Below, piece by piece: positions 63,644 to 64,000 of a stretch of 64,000 nt of DNA. The translations under genes were made by a program, and so were the position numbers. Under the pieces are notes generated by a model. The model made no database searches and was not told the DNA's origin. It saw nothing but the letters and a program-made list of their open reading frames with translations. Position 1 is the stretch's first letter. Each line of letters starts with the position of its first letter. Source of the DNA: Leucoraja erinacea (taxonomy: Eukaryota); NCBI RefSeq assembly GCF_028641065.1, contig NC_073379.1:186001-250000 (forward strand), written 5' to 3'.

Positions 63644-64000
63644 CTGCAGTGGCACGGGACACCAGATGTTGGTGCGGAAAGACAACAGCCGCTGGTTAGC
63701 GTTAAACGAGTTAGATAAAGCTCTAGGGGCTAGTGGTATCAAGGGATATGGGGACGATCAGCCATGATCACAATGAATGGCGGTGCTGGCTCGAAGGACC
63801 GAATGGCCTACTCCTGCATCTATTTTCTAGGTTTTTAAACTGTGCCGCAGCAAAGCAAGCGAGCTGCATGCCGAGCACTCGCCTCCACACTGTCCTGTTG
63901 CAAACCCCCAGCACCGTGCCCAGTGGTGGACCCGTCCCTCAATGCCCCGGACACTTGCCCCTGGGCCTGGCCATTCGTGGGCTAGTCTCTCAAAGAGTAG

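Overview
Vertebrate (not microbial) genomic DNA, almost certainly from a cartilaginous fish and most likely a skate/ray (inferred from Ig sequence style and repeat content). The core is one complete elasmobranch-type IgM heavy-chain cluster on the + strand (7.5-21.7 kb): leader, VH with a 23-RSS, one D (12/22 RSS), a germline-joined D-J behind a 12-RSS, Cmu1-Cmu4 with secretory tail, TM1 and TM2. Cmu3 carries a +1 frameshift. The J-C intron holds a diverged inverted repeat with an octamer in each arm. About 24 kb downstream is a 69-bp tandem array with nine perfect octamers and adjacent E-boxes. Also present are a two-exon GPR139-like GPCR with a 1-nt frameshift and three in-phase minus-strand exons of a CPLANE1-like gene. 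The rest is dense repeat: CR1, L1/Tx1, Rex1/Babar, Hero, DIRS, Penelope-derived hairpins with hammerhead motifs, a Helitron, MULE/MITE elements, SINEs and satellites, including a four-deep DIRS>CR1>L1>DIRS nest. There are five N gaps. Family assignments come from recalled motifs, not database searches.
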